A DNA stretch of 64,000 bases from Eledone cirrhosa (Eukaryota): assembly GCA_964016885.1 (NCBI GenBank), contig OZ024741.1:214954001-215018000 (forward strand), read 5' to 3'. A program made the position numbers and the translations under genes. Under the pieces are notes generated by a model. The model saw nothing but the letters and a program-made list of their open reading frames with translations, searched no databases and was not told where the DNA came from. Positions within the stretch are counted from its first letter, which is position 1. Each line of letters opens with the position of its first letter. Positions 48,536-61,199 of this stretch are shown here, piece by piece.

Positions 48536-49446
48536 ATACGACGTGAACTTGTATATTTTTACTTTATTTCTCTTTATTTTCTCTATTTTCTTTTAATTTT
48601 ATGTATTTATTAGTATTTTTTATATCTTATTTTCTTTTCTCTTTTTTCCTTTGTACGTGATGGGCCTGGTTGGTAATGAAAGACATGTCCTGCTTTTAAC
48701 TGGGTGTACGTTTGATCGGACTTTGACAGACGGTTCCGGTGTGTCTGTCTGGGAAACTGTTTTAGGTCAGACGATCTGGAATGATATATCGTTAGAACTG
48801 GGATTAGGACTGCTATAATATTATCGTCAGTCATAAGAGCTGGATGGGAAGCTGGGTTATCAGGGCAGCGATACAGCTTCAATTGGGTCTCTAGAATACA
48901 CACACACATATATATATAGACATATACAGATATATAGGCATATACAGATATATATATATATAGATATATAGAGATATATTGATATATAGACATATACAGA
49001 TATATAGGCATATACAGACATATAGGCATATACAGACATATAGAGATATAGATATATATAGATATATAGATATATATAGATATATATAGATATATAAAGA
49101 TATATAGAGATATACACATATATAGACATGTACAGATATATATAGAGATATATAGACATATAGAGATATACAGATATATAGATATATATATAGATATATA
49201 CAGATATACAGATATATAGACATATATAGATACCCACATTCACATTAACACACAGAGGCAGACACACACTCACACACACACACACATACTGACATGCAAA
49301 CATACAGATATACGGATATACGAACAGATACAAAAGTATAACCCCGCAAGGACATATTATAGATATGTATGTATATATATACATATATCTATATACATAC
49401 CCCCCTCCATACACACATATATATATATATATAATCACACACACAT

Positions 49447-49518
<72 letters not shown>

Positions 49519-49680
49519 ATATATAAATATATATAACGAAGGAAATGTGGTAAGGAACCAGGTGGACCATAACGCACCAAAGTACTCAATACTTAGGTTA
49601 GTAGAGCGGCTAATTCTGTACTGTAGTACAGAATTAGCCGTCGAAACGGCTTGAGCTCAGCCGTCGGGGTCTTACTTGTT

Positions 49681-49730
<50 letters not shown>

Positions 49731-49885
49731 TTATTTATTTATATATTTATATACACATATATCTATATATATTTGTCCTCTCTTTGTTGATTTGTCTATA
49801 TCATCACAGCTAAGCAGAGATAAACGGGTTTTCTCTGCCCCTCCACCACATTAATTTCAATGTTTCACATTTTTAAACACTATAT

Positions 49886-50105
49886 CTTCTTCTTCTTCTT
49901 CTTCTTCTTCTTCTTCTTCTTCTTCTTCTTCTTCTTCTTCTTCTTCTTCTTCTTCTTCTTCTTCTTCTTCTTCTTCTTCTTCTTCTTCTTCTTCTTCTTC
50001 TTCTTCTTCTTCTTCTTCTTCTTCTTCTTCTTCTTCTTCTTCTTCTTCTTCTTCTTCTTCTTCTTCTTCTTCTTCTTCTTCTTCTTCTTCTTCTTCTTCT
50101 TCTTC
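49886..50105. repeat. Perfect (TTC)n microsatellite
   Basis: Direct reading. Confidence 0.98.
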
Positions 50106-50992
50106 TATTTTTCTCGCTCCATTTCTCTCATTATTTATCTTTCTCAGGAAGAAATCTGCTGTATTCAGACCTGGAGAGGAGATGGGCTCCGCCAGATTTA
50201 TAAAATTGCCCCTAGGAACACCATATATCAATCAGTACTGCACTCCCACGATGTCCTCAGGGGGTTCGGCTCTATAGTCATAACATAGCCGTGCATTGAA
50301 TAGAATCGAACTGGGATGCAGGCAGTCGAAATATAAACTTCTTTCTTAATCACACGACTATGCCTGCGCCTATTCGTCTAGTGCAAAGGTTCTCAACCCA
50401 TTTCGGCCAAACGCCCCCTTTTGCCCCTCGAAATCACGAAATGCCCCCTACCCTATTTTTTCCATTTTTCAATATACTACTGATTTTAATATCAGTAGAT
50501 TACTACAAAATTGATTAACGATATTCCAAAGATACCATTGCAGGCAGTTGAAAGTATAAATACATTCCTTGAAAGGAAGTATATACATTTCAAAAAAAGG
50601 AACATAAATGTTCTTTTTTATGAATAAGGACCAGTTGAATTTGTTATATTCCCACCAGACGATACCAGCTATTTTGAACATTTATACAAGAGCAACTCTG
50701 TCTATCCGAAGAGTGCTCTTATCTGGAAGAAATTGGCAATTGTATTATTTCAAAGCTTTCCAATTTTCCATTTAATGAAACGGACAGAATAAATGTTGAT
50801 ATCTAACTTGATGTCCCCTCCGCTTTGTGAGCTTAGACCACGCAAGAGGGTTTTCATGACCACGTAAGAGGGTATATTCATTAGTAAACGGTAAAATATA
50901 TACAACAAATGAGTAAGTGAATTGTGGTAGATGGTTTCCAGTCCAGTCAGACTGCAACTACAAATAAAAAATCGACTTACTTTGACCTCGTT

Positions 50993-52741
50993 TCAATGGG
51001 ACCCTTGAGCTTCATGGAGTTTAGCTAACTCTTTGACGTCACGCTGGATTTTCGTGAGCTGTAGCCGGAGATCTCCACGTGCAATCACATTGTAGCGGTT
51101 ACGAGGCTTACTATGCAGTCTGGAAACAACGCCAAACCCCCTCTCGACTAAGTAAGAGCTAGGAAAAGGCAAAGCAAATCTCTTAGCCTCTGCATGTAGG
51201 AGTGGAAATCGACGGTGAATTTCCTCTTGCATCCAAATAAGGGGTTCACCTATTTTGGAAAATTTTATTTTGATAATGTCATCTGTCTGAAGTTCAATTA
51301 ATTCTTCCTGAAATTTAACGTCGAAATCGTCGACGTTACCTATGAAGGGATCTGCTATCCACATTGGGATGTCCATTTGCAAAAGGTCGACAAACCGTTC
51401 TCTCATGTTGTCTTGTAGTGCACGGAGGTGCGCGGTATAAATTTGGAGTTGGCCATCGCTCAAAATGTTTTGAACATTGGCGACACTAGGAAAATTATAG
51501 AATTCCCGTCGACAAAGATTCCTTTCGATGACTTTCAATTTGGCCAGGAATATTTTCACAGCATTCCTTGCTTTAAATAAGGTGATCTTCTCCCCCTGAA
51601 AAGCCATAATGAGGCTATTGCATTTGTCCAAGATGTCGGCGAGGGTTTCTTTTAGACAGTTCTGTGTTGCGTCCTCGACGAAACTCAATGATAGAGTCGA
51701 ACAGTTCAAAGAAGCGAGTAAGGCACTTGCCCTTTGAAAGCCACCTCACTTCAGTATGAAGGAGCAACTCGATGAATTCTTCTTCATTATCTTCGCACAG
51801 TTGCCGGAAAATTCGTTCATTGAGGGCATGGCATTTGATATAATTGATGACATCAATGGCTACCTGCATAGACTTTCTCAGCGGCTCGCTGAGTTTCTTC
51901 ACAGCCTAGTGTTGTCGATGAATGACACAATGAACAGTAAATACAGATGGATTTTCCCTCTTCAGAAGAGAGACGAAACCATTATGTTGGCCGACCATTG
52001 CTCTTGCGCCGTCCGTAGCACAATATTGTTAAGAAGTATCTCTTTTTCTTCGAGGTATCACTTGACAGATTCAAAGATGGTGGCACCTTTAGTATCTGTG
52101 GCTAGATTCAGAGTGAAGAGAAGCTCCTCGTGCATTTCGTTTTGGTGGAAAAATCGCACGTAACCCAGTAGTAAGGACTGATTCCCGGAAAGTGTGCTTT
52201 CATCAAGTTGCAAAGCAAATTGTGTCGATTTCAAGATGTTGCATAATTTTTGTTCAACATTTTCCGCCATTTCGACGATGCGTCTCCTTATTGAGTCGTT
52301 ACTCAACGGAATACATTTCAAGGTCTTTAACAGGTTCTGACGTAGTACTGTTGAAAGAACTTCTGAGATGACAGGGGCTACCAATGTTTCACACAAGGAA
52401 TGGGGCTTGCCACACTTTGCGATTATGTTGGCAATATTGTAAGATGCGACAAGTCCATCAACATTTGAAGCTTCAACTTTTGAAAAGGCAGAAGAAATTA
52501 GTGTTGTTTTATAGAATTGGTCCCTAAGAGACTGAAAGTATGCTAAATATGTATATCTCTTATCGGGGTGCCTCACCTCCAGGTGTCTACTCAAACGCGA
52601 TGGCTTCATCGCCTCATTCGAAAAGGACTCCTTGCAAATTAAACACATGGGTGACAGGTGTTTCGATGGCGATGGGATGAATCCGAACCGTAAGTAATCA
52701 ACGCTGTACTGCCTGCATTTTTTCTTTATTGCTGAGGCCAT
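50993..52741 (-). pseudogene. Buster-type hAT transposase (ZBED5/SCAND3-like family), frameshifted
   Basis: CRQYSVDYLRFGF, CLIC..SNEAMKPSRLSRHL, ALQLDEST, LLLHTEVRWLSKG, FPSSYLVERGF, RGDLRLQLT, AQGSH*. Confidence 0.92.
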
Positions 52742-52770
52742 TTTCTGTTTATCGAATGTGTTTGGTAAAG

Positions 52771-53738
52771 TTACGCAAAGATTTGCCTATATAAGCCTAT
52801 AAAATTATGTATAAGCAATCGCTCAACATTTAGAAACATGCGACGGACTTCTGGTTGCATTTCACCGAATATTTTACGATGATCCCCGAGAGATGATCCA
52901 CTATGATGATTTCTATAAAAAAGTATTTCGTTCCTTAAAGAAAATTCATCAAGCTCTGGATACTGTATGATCACTTCAGTACAAACATTTCCAATGAGTA
53001 AAATATTGCAATCCTGTGAAAAAAAATAATCTTTCAAATTTGATATTGCAGTATCCGCTACCTGCAAATACTGCACTCTGTAATGATCCAAAGCAGTGCA
53101 GTGTTGATATTTTAACGCATTTTCTTCCTGGTATCTTTTAGGAACATTTCGTGCCTGGGTAGCTCCAAAGGAGAAATATCGAGTTGATAAATCATTTTTT
53201 CTGCTGTATTGACCAGCTCCTGATATTTTTCTTCACTGCGTAGATTTTTTTAGCTCCCCTGCACCAGTTTGACACTATGCAACATGCTACCTAGATTGAA
53301 GGTGGTACTTTAAAAGATTTGTTCAATCCTTCAAGGAATTGAAGTAATGGAACTACAACGTGCAATCCAAGAACACTGGCCCGGAGAGTGACACCTAAGA
53401 ATAACATTAGCTCTGGATGCAATGTTGGTGCCAAACTCATTTGTTGCCTCTTGTAAATAAATAGGGACATCTGAATAATTGTCAAGAAGAGCTTTGACTG
53501 CAGAAAGTCGTGTTAGCCATAGAGTAGGGCACACAGGTGTTAAGGAGCGTGGTGACGATACTTCATTTTCTTCATCATGTTGTGATAAATACGCTTGCTT
53601 AAATTTCCCTGATGTACTATATAGTTTCCGCAATTTATTCACGTAACCTAGAACATTTTTGATAAGTGAAGCTTGTTGTACAGACTTAGTTATAATAAGT
53701 TGATAAATATGAATGCCGCAGTGCATGTAATGGGCCAA
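52771..53738 (-). pseudogene. Second, unrelated hAT transposase remnant (ZMYM1/Tip100-like)
   Basis: AHYMHCGIH..QL (HC.AH.L motif), PVCPTLWLTR (CPTRW motif), YRVQYLQVADTAISNL, F.NVERLL. Confidence 0.65.
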
Positions 53739-54205
53739 ATCAAGTTATGTTAGAATCTTTAAAAAGATCTTTAAAAAATACCCGTACGAATTAAATACAA
53801 AAAAGTTTCAGTCCAAAACAAAAGCAAACTGTTTCAAATTATATATTTTTGAAAAATAGACGTGAATGTTCTCAAAGACTTGATTTCTGTCGAAAAAGCT
53901 TTTTTTTTTTAATTCTATATTTCACTGTTAGGTGTTGTAATATTTTGATTGGATAAACAATTCTACAATTCAAACAGTAAAGTCAAAATACAAAAGATGT
54001 AAAATATGAAGAATTTCTTACCTTTCTCTGAAATCACAAACTCAGGGGAAAAATAGTACCTTGCAAAATAAAATACCTCGTAGCAAAATAAAATACTTAG
54101 CAACGAATGAAGCTTGGAGACAGTGAGAAAGTAGTATCTGTATCCCTTATATATAGGTACACAGACACACACAGACACACACAAACACACATAGACCCGC
54201 ACACA

Positions 54206-54292
<87 letters not shown>

Positions 54293-54423
54293 GCGCACAA
54301 ACACAAACTTGTGTGTATGTGTGCCTTAGTTTGGGTAGAGAAAGAATTTTGTCTACAGTTTTTTTTATTGCCAGGTCAAAGGACACTGCTCTTTTCAACA
54401 ACGCCAAATAACAACGCTCCACG

Positions 54424-54498
<75 letters not shown>

Positions 54499-54654
54499 CG
54501 AAGGAAATGTGGTAAGGAACCAGGTGGACCATAACGCACCAGTAAGACCCCGACGGCTGAGCTCAAGCCGTTTCGACGGCTAATTCTGGACTAAATTTAG
54601 TCCAGAATTAGCCGTCGAGACGGCTTGAGCTCAGCCGTCGGGGTCTTACTGGTT

Positions 54655-55572
<918 letters not shown>

Positions 55573-55929
55573 GTGTGTGTGGAGCGTTGTTATTTGGCGT
55601 TGTTGAAAAGAGCAGTGTCCTTTGACATATATATATATAAATGAAGAGAGAAAGAGGGAGGGACAGAGAGAGTAAGAAATGTGTGTGTGTTTGGTACACA
55701 TATATCTATCTATCTATCTATCTATCTTGATAGAGTAAGACACGCTTCGCATCGGCTCCGCTATTCCATCGGGATTTACCCTTACTATTGTAAGTACCGG
55801 ATAAATTTTTTAGTGCAACACATTTGGAACACTAACCCCTGTTATTTAGGGAAACATTTTTGCATTTACCCCCTTTTTAGGGGGTAAAATAAATATCTAT
55901 TTTTGCCGAAAAATTTCTTTCTTGGCAGC

Positions 55930-57765
55930 ATGGCGGAAAAGATGGCAGACATGTCTGCCATTAGCTCTGCCACGCCCCCCAAGTCTGAAGAACAAAAAAT
56001 AATTACAACAAAATTAGACATTGAAACAAACAAACAAAATGAAAAAACAAATGTTAAGGAAAATGAGCAAACAGAAAACAAACAAACAGAAAATAATACA
56101 AATAACGACAGGGCAACTTTCGCCCAGAAAACAAAGCAATCCATTACATACACACCAATTGACCTAACTGCCGCCAGAGAAAAACTGGCCGAAGCAAAGA
56201 AACATATTGTTTTGGGGGAAAACGGAATGTTTTCCATTAACTCCCCCCCAGAATTCAAGAAAGCCAGAGCAGAAAACACAGTTATATACAGAACTATACT
56301 AAACCAGTCAAGAAAGCCAGCACAGCCCAGCCAAATGGAAATAGAGTTAGTCCTAAAAGACTATATGAAGAATATTCTCTTCATACGAAAGGACCGACTC
56401 TATGGCAGCATTTCGGTCCTAACAAGAGACAAAGAAACGGCGGTTCAGCTTTCCCTAAGCCCACTCTCGTCGACAACATATAGCTTCTATCCCTCCTACA
56501 TGGGTAGAAGAACTCAGAGAATAAAAGTAAAAACAATGCTGCCCACAATGGACTTCTGGTGGGCTATTGCTGGCTTCATTGATATGGGCGAAGACACTAT
56601 GCTGTCAATGGGGAAGGCAACTGGAGATGCGTTCCTGGGAATGGGCCTCGACATACTAGTCCAAATGAGGCCCGAAAGAATAGCACAAATCCCGGATCGC
56701 ATCTGGCTGGATGACCTTACCCCAATAGACATAATTGTAGAGGGGAGAAGACCAGCATGCTATTTATGCATGGAAAGGGGACACGTTAAGGCTAACTGCC
56801 CGAAACGTATCCCCCAAAAAGGACTATTGCCCACACCCACCACAAACAGTACACCAGCACCACCCACCTCCAAAAATACACTAATACCACACACAGCAAA
56901 CAAAATACAGACACCACCAACCACAAACACAACACAAACATCACCACCACCAGCACCAAACACAAGCACGACACAAAAATCACCACCACCAACCACAACA
57001 CAAACATCACCACCACCATTACCAACCACAAGCACGACACAAACATTACCACCACCACCACCACAAAACCCATTCCAAACAAATAATAAAAAAAACAGTA
57101 ACAAATCTACCCCTCCCGCAAAAAAAAAACAACCACACAACACGTCCCTCCCACCTAGCGCTGAAGAGTTTCCCCCAACTTCTGAAGAAGAAGGAGGAGA
57201 AGCCTTCAGACAAGTTAAAAGAAAAAAAAGAAAACACACACCCAGCACACCACAAATAACCCACACACAAACACCAACTCCAATCAAAAACACCCCACCC
57301 TCAACAAACAAAAATAAATCTGCGCCTCCCCTCTCCGAAACATTGACAGCATCACAAAAAAAGACGTTGCAATACACATATATAAATAAAGAAAACAAAA
57401 AACTGGTTAAATTAATAAACAATAACCCTATGGTGCAGACCGAAGGGCCAAACTTTATCTCAACAGAGAACTTCACCCATTTAAAAATGATAAAGGTCCC
57501 TCTGGACCTTTATCGTTCCTTAAAAGAACAATTTAGACGGGACGTGAGCCCCCCCTGTTTAAAACCGTTGAATCGCGTCCTCTTGAAAGATTTCCCCATA
57601 ACCGCCCCTCTCCCTGACACAACTCCAAATACCCCAACCCCACCACACACGTGTACCCCCACACCACCACAAAACATCCCTCCACCCAACACACCTGATG
57701 CCATGGAAATTACGCCACCCGGAGAGGTAAGTGCTTTTCTTTCTTCACTTTCAACACCAAAATAG
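55930..57765 (+). CDS. Tx1 ORF1 nucleic-acid-binding protein with CCHC zinc knuckle
   Basis: Open frame from ATG 55930; CYLCMERGHVKANC; Pro/Thr-rich linker; basic KRKKRK segment. Confidence 0.9.
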   Translation: MAEKMADMSAISSATPPKSEEQKIITTKLDIETNKQNEKTNVKENEQTENKQTENNTNNDRATFAQKTKQSITYTPIDLTAAREKLAEAKKHIVLGENGMFSINSPPEFKKARAENTVIYRTILNQSRKPAQPSQMEIELVLKDYMKNILFIRKDRLYGSISVLTRDKETAVQLSLSPLSSTTYSFYPSYMGRRTQRIKVKTMLPTMDFWWAIAGFIDMGEDTMLSMGKATGDAFLGMGLDILVQMRPERIAQIPDRIWLDDLTPIDIIVEGRRPACYLCMERGHVKANCPKRIPQKGLLPTPTTNSTPAPPTSKNTLIPHTANKIQTPPTTNTTQTSPPPAPNTSTTQKSPPPTTTQTSPPPLPTTSTTQTLPPPPPQNPFQTNNKKNSNKSTPPAKKKQPHNTSLPPSAEEFPPTSEEEGGEAFRQVKRKKRKHTPSTPQITHTQTPTPIKNTPPSTNKNKSAPPLSETLTASQKKTLQYTYINKENKKLVKLINNNPMVQTEGPNFISTENFTHLKMIKVPLDLYRSLKEQFRRDVSPPCLKPLNRVLLKDFPITAPLPDTTPNTPTPPHTCTPTPPQNIPPPNTPDAMEITPPGEVSAFLSSLSTPK

Positions 57766-57770
57766 ATCAA

Positions 57771-60700
57771 TTGAGAGTTGGCTGTTTGAACGCGCGTGGC
57801 CTGAGCTCAACTTGGAAGCAAGCAAAGCTTCTAAGTGACCTCAGGTCACAAAGTATAGATGTGATGGTTGTTTGCGAGAGTCGGATCAGCAGCGTGAGAC
57901 AGCTGGCGCCCGCCTTCGATGACTTTGAGATGCACGCATCTCTCTGTCAACCCGGAGGCGGGGGGGGAGTTGCCGTACTGCTGGATAAACGTCTGACTCT
58001 CGACGTACAGATTGTTCACTCGGACCCGGGGGGTCGATTACTGGTGCTGGACGTCGGAGGTGGTGAAGGCGGGGCTTTCAGACTGGTCGGTCTTTATGCT
58101 CCCTTCGGGGCGGAGAGAGCCGACTTCTTCCAACGTCTGGAGACTTTTCTAGGAACGTCGCGTTCCCTGCTTTTAGTGGGGGACTGGAATGGAATCCTAG
58201 ATGCGCGTTGGGACTATGCAGGGGCATGTCCCGATAGAGGGGGGTGTAGCAGCCTCAAGGGGTTACTCGATCGATTCGACCTGGTCGATAGATTTCGACT
58301 AGATTGTCCAACTGCGCCAACCTGGACCTGGGCAAACCGCAGTGGACAATCTAGATCGTACCTAGATAGGTTTTTGGTTAGGAGTAAGGATAGGGACGTA
58401 TTTAGTTGTCCAGAACTGATCATGGTTGGCTATTCAGATCACAAATTAGTGACCTGCGTGGTCAACCTTGATAGAACGCATAGACAGGGTCCCGGTTACT
58501 GGAAGATGAACTTGTCCTTACCGACAAAGAAAGATTACAGAAACCGGATTAGTAGCTTAGTTAAGATGCGGTTGACGGGAGCGATCGTCAACAGTAGGTG
58601 GTGGATATCTCTAAAGAGAGAGATTAGAGTAAGTTCGATAGGTTACAGTAAGGAACTAGCGGCGAATAGAAATAGGAGGGAAAGGGAGTTAACAGATAAA
58701 CTAGAAGAGGCGATTAGGAGCGGAGACGTAGCCAGAGTGTTAGCGACGAGAACGGCATTGAGCCAGTTCTTTGACGCGAAGCACGAAGGCTGCGTTGTCC
58801 GAAGTAAAATACGTGCTTTAGGAAACGAGGGGACCAAAGCTGTTAGCTGGGCCCGCGTGACAGAAGCCAAGAGTGGGATTAAATCCACCATTCGGTCTTT
58901 GCGAGACCAGGATGGACGGGTGATCCTTGAACCTGAGCGAATGTGCGAGACCTTTCAAAGGCACTTTGCTCGACTGTTCGGAGGTGGCGGGGGGCCGGAC
59001 GGGGATGTGGACTTCGGTCCATACCTCGACGGTCTACCGCGTCTTTCGAGCGGCGAAGCGGAGTGCTGCGAAGGGCCAATCACAGCCACTGAAATCGGGG
59101 AAGCCCTCAGCCAATGCAGCAGACGCAAATCCCCGGGTCTCGATGGTCTACCATACGAACTTTATTTAGCTATGCCGGTCTTGTTCTCCGAACTCCTCGA
59201 GGCTGTCTATTGCAACTGGCAACAGAACGGGAGAATTCCCTGTTCTGTGACCAAGGGCGTGGTCACGCTAGTGAGGAAGGACGAGAGCAAGGGGGACGAC
59301 TTAAGTAACTTTAGGCCCATAACTCTGCTGAATGCAGAGTTACAGATTTTGGCCAAGGTGTTGACGAAGAGGTTGGCGCTTGTGGTGGGTGGTTTGGTGG
59401 GAGACGCGCAGACATGCGCTATCCCGTCCAGGTCCATTCACGACAACCTCCACCTCATGCGATACATCATAGAGAGGGTTGGCTACGAACCCGGCTTTGG
59501 TGGGGCCCTGATCAACTTGGATCAATCTAAGGCGTTCGATAGGGTCGACCATGGTTACCTGGATGCGGTGCTAGCGGCGGCGGGCTTCGGACCCGTTTTC
59601 AGGGGCTGGATTTCTGCCATGCACAGTGGCAACATCTACTCTAGGATTAAAGTAAACGGCTACCTCTCGGAGCCGTTTCAAATCACCCGATCCATCAGAC
59701 AGGGGTGCCCCCTCTCCTCCCTTCTGTACGTATTGACTCTCGAGCCACTGCTGCGGAAGTTGGAGTTGCTGCGGGGCATACCCCTGGAACCGGGATTGCA
59801 CAAAGCGGTCTCGGCCTATGCCGACGACGTAACAGTAATGGTGGCGGACGCCTCGGAAATCGGGGCGATCGCCACCCTACTGGAGGAATACGAAAGGCTG
59901 ACGGGGGCTAAGCTGAACCAGGACAAGTCAGTCGGTTTGCAACTCGGAACGTGGAGGGGCAAACCGATGCCGTTAGACGGTGTCGTCGGGCGGTGGACGG
60001 AGGGCCCGGTGAAGCTGCTCGGGGTCTGGTTCGGACCGGACCTCCAGGTGGAGAAGAATTGGGGCGAGGTGACGAGCAGGGTGTTTGCGCTGACCCAGAA
60101 GTGGGCCAAGTGCAAACTATCACTGAAAGGTCGGGCGGAGGTGACGAACGCTTACATAGCGTCCGTCATCTACTACCGCCTGACCGTCGTGCCTTGCCCC
60201 AAGGAAAAGCTCACCATCATGGAACGCATGCTCTTCCAGTTCCTCTGGAAGAAGCGGCCTCCCATGGTGAGGAGATCCATCTGCTGCCAGCACCCTTCGA
60301 AAGGAGGGCTGGGTATGCCGTGGCTGTTGATGCGTAGGCACGCATTGAGGCTACGGCATCTACAGGTATTCCTCAACGGTCAGCCGGTGTGGGCCCCGTT
60401 TGTGAGGCGAGCCTTCCCACAGCTCGTCTCGCTCACCGAACTGCAATCCTGGGTGAAGCAAAGACCGAGAAAACTGGGCAACTGGCACACTGAGTGTGCC
60501 CAGGCGCTCACGGCTATCTGGCAAGCGGACCCGACTGTCAGTGGAGAATCCACCTCGACATTCTATAGAGGGTTGGTGGCTAGCAGGGGCGACGACACCC
60601 TTGGAGAGTCGCTAGGTATGGAGGAGGACGAACTGGCCAGCCTGTTCGGTAGAACTTTCGGCCCGGGACCCATGGACAACTTCCAGAGGTCCCTAGCCTG

Positions 60701-61199
60701 GCAGTGTTACCGGGGGGCTCTGCCCGTTCGAGAAAAGCTCTACAGACACGGGCGCCCGGGCAGGGATCCCGCGAAAAAGATCTGTCCCAGATGCGTGCGC
60801 GACGAGGAAACCGTTGCGCATGCACTGGTACACTGCCCGGGCGTTGCCGATCTGTGGGGCTACGTCGAACGACTGCTGTCGCGTGTGGCGCCGATTCGAT
60901 TAACCGCCGAGTCTGTGGTGAACATCAAGCCGCCTCCTCCCTTCAGAAATGAAGCAGAGGCGGTCTTTCTGTGCGTAATAGCCATGATGAAAGAGGTTGT
61001 GTGGTGGACGCGCCTGAAAGGTCTGAGGTCGGGTGACTTTCTCTCCGGCCATCACCTGGTTTACTTCTTCCGATACCACTTCGGAAGAAGAATCAGGATG
61101 GAGAGAGAAGTGCTTGGTCCCAGACAGTTTTATGAAAGGTGGGTGAAAGAAGCGAGAATGGCCCGTGTAAATGGGCCTTCTCTCTACATTGTTCTGTAG
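57771..61199 (+). CDS. Tx1 ORF2: APE endonuclease, reverse transcriptase, C-terminal zinc finger (1142 aa; homologous start codon is ATA at 57762)
   Basis: LNARGL, GDWN, SYLDRF, YSDH, KSPGLDGLP, NFRPITLLN, LDQSKAFDRV, RQGCPLS, AYADD, CPRC..ETVAHALVHC. Confidence 0.95.
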   Translation: MRVGCLNARGLSSTWKQAKLLSDLRSQSIDVMVVCESRISSVRQLAPAFDDFEMHASLCQPGGGGGVAVLLDKRLTLDVQIVHSDPGGRLLVLDVGGGEGGAFRLVGLYAPFGAERADFFQRLETFLGTSRSLLLVGDWNGILDARWDYAGACPDRGGCSSLKGLLDRFDLVDRFRLDCPTAPTWTWANRSGQSRSYLDRFLVRSKDRDVFSCPELIMVGYSDHKLVTCVVNLDRTHRQGPGYWKMNLSLPTKKDYRNRISSLVKMRLTGAIVNSRWWISLKREIRVSSIGYSKELAANRNRRERELTDKLEEAIRSGDVARVLATRTALSQFFDAKHEGCVVRSKIRALGNEGTKAVSWARVTEAKSGIKSTIRSLRDQDGRVILEPERMCETFQRHFARLFGGGGGPDGDVDFGPYLDGLPRLSSGEAECCEGPITATEIGEALSQCSRRKSPGLDGLPYELYLAMPVLFSELLEAVYCNWQQNGRIPCSVTKGVVTLVRKDESKGDDLSNFRPITLLNAELQILAKVLTKRLALVVGGLVGDAQTCAIPSRSIHDNLHLMRYIIERVGYEPGFGGALINLDQSKAFDRVDHGYLDAVLAAAGFGPVFRGWISAMHSGNIYSRIKVNGYLSEPFQITRSIRQGCPLSSLLYVLTLEPLLRKLELLRGIPLEPGLHKAVSAYADDVTVMVADASEIGAIATLLEEYERLTGAKLNQDKSVGLQLGTWRGKPMPLDGVVGRWTEGPVKLLGVWFGPDLQVEKNWGEVTSRVFALTQKWAKCKLSLKGRAEVTNAYIASVIYYRLTVVPCPKEKLTIMERMLFQFLWKKRPPMVRRSICCQHPSKGGLGMPWLLMRRHALRLRHLQVFLNGQPVWAPFVRRAFPQLVSLTELQSWVKQRPRKLGNWHTECAQALTAIWQADPTVSGESTSTFYRGLVASRGDDTLGESLGMEEDELASLFGRTFGPGPMDNFQRSLAWQCYRGALPVREKLYRHGRPGRDPAKKICPRCVRDEETVAHALVHCPGVADLWGYVERLLSRVAPIRLTAESVVNIKPPPPFRNEAEAVFLCVIAMMKEVVWWTRLKGLRSGDFLSGHHLVYFFRYHFGRRIRMEREVLGPRQFYERWVKEARMARVNGPSLYIVL

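Noticed and set aside
50110-50290. Possible host exon after a polypyrimidine tract and CAG at 50147
   Set aside because: No recognisable protein similarity in any frame, no convincing donor and no partner exons; it cannot be supported without RNA data.
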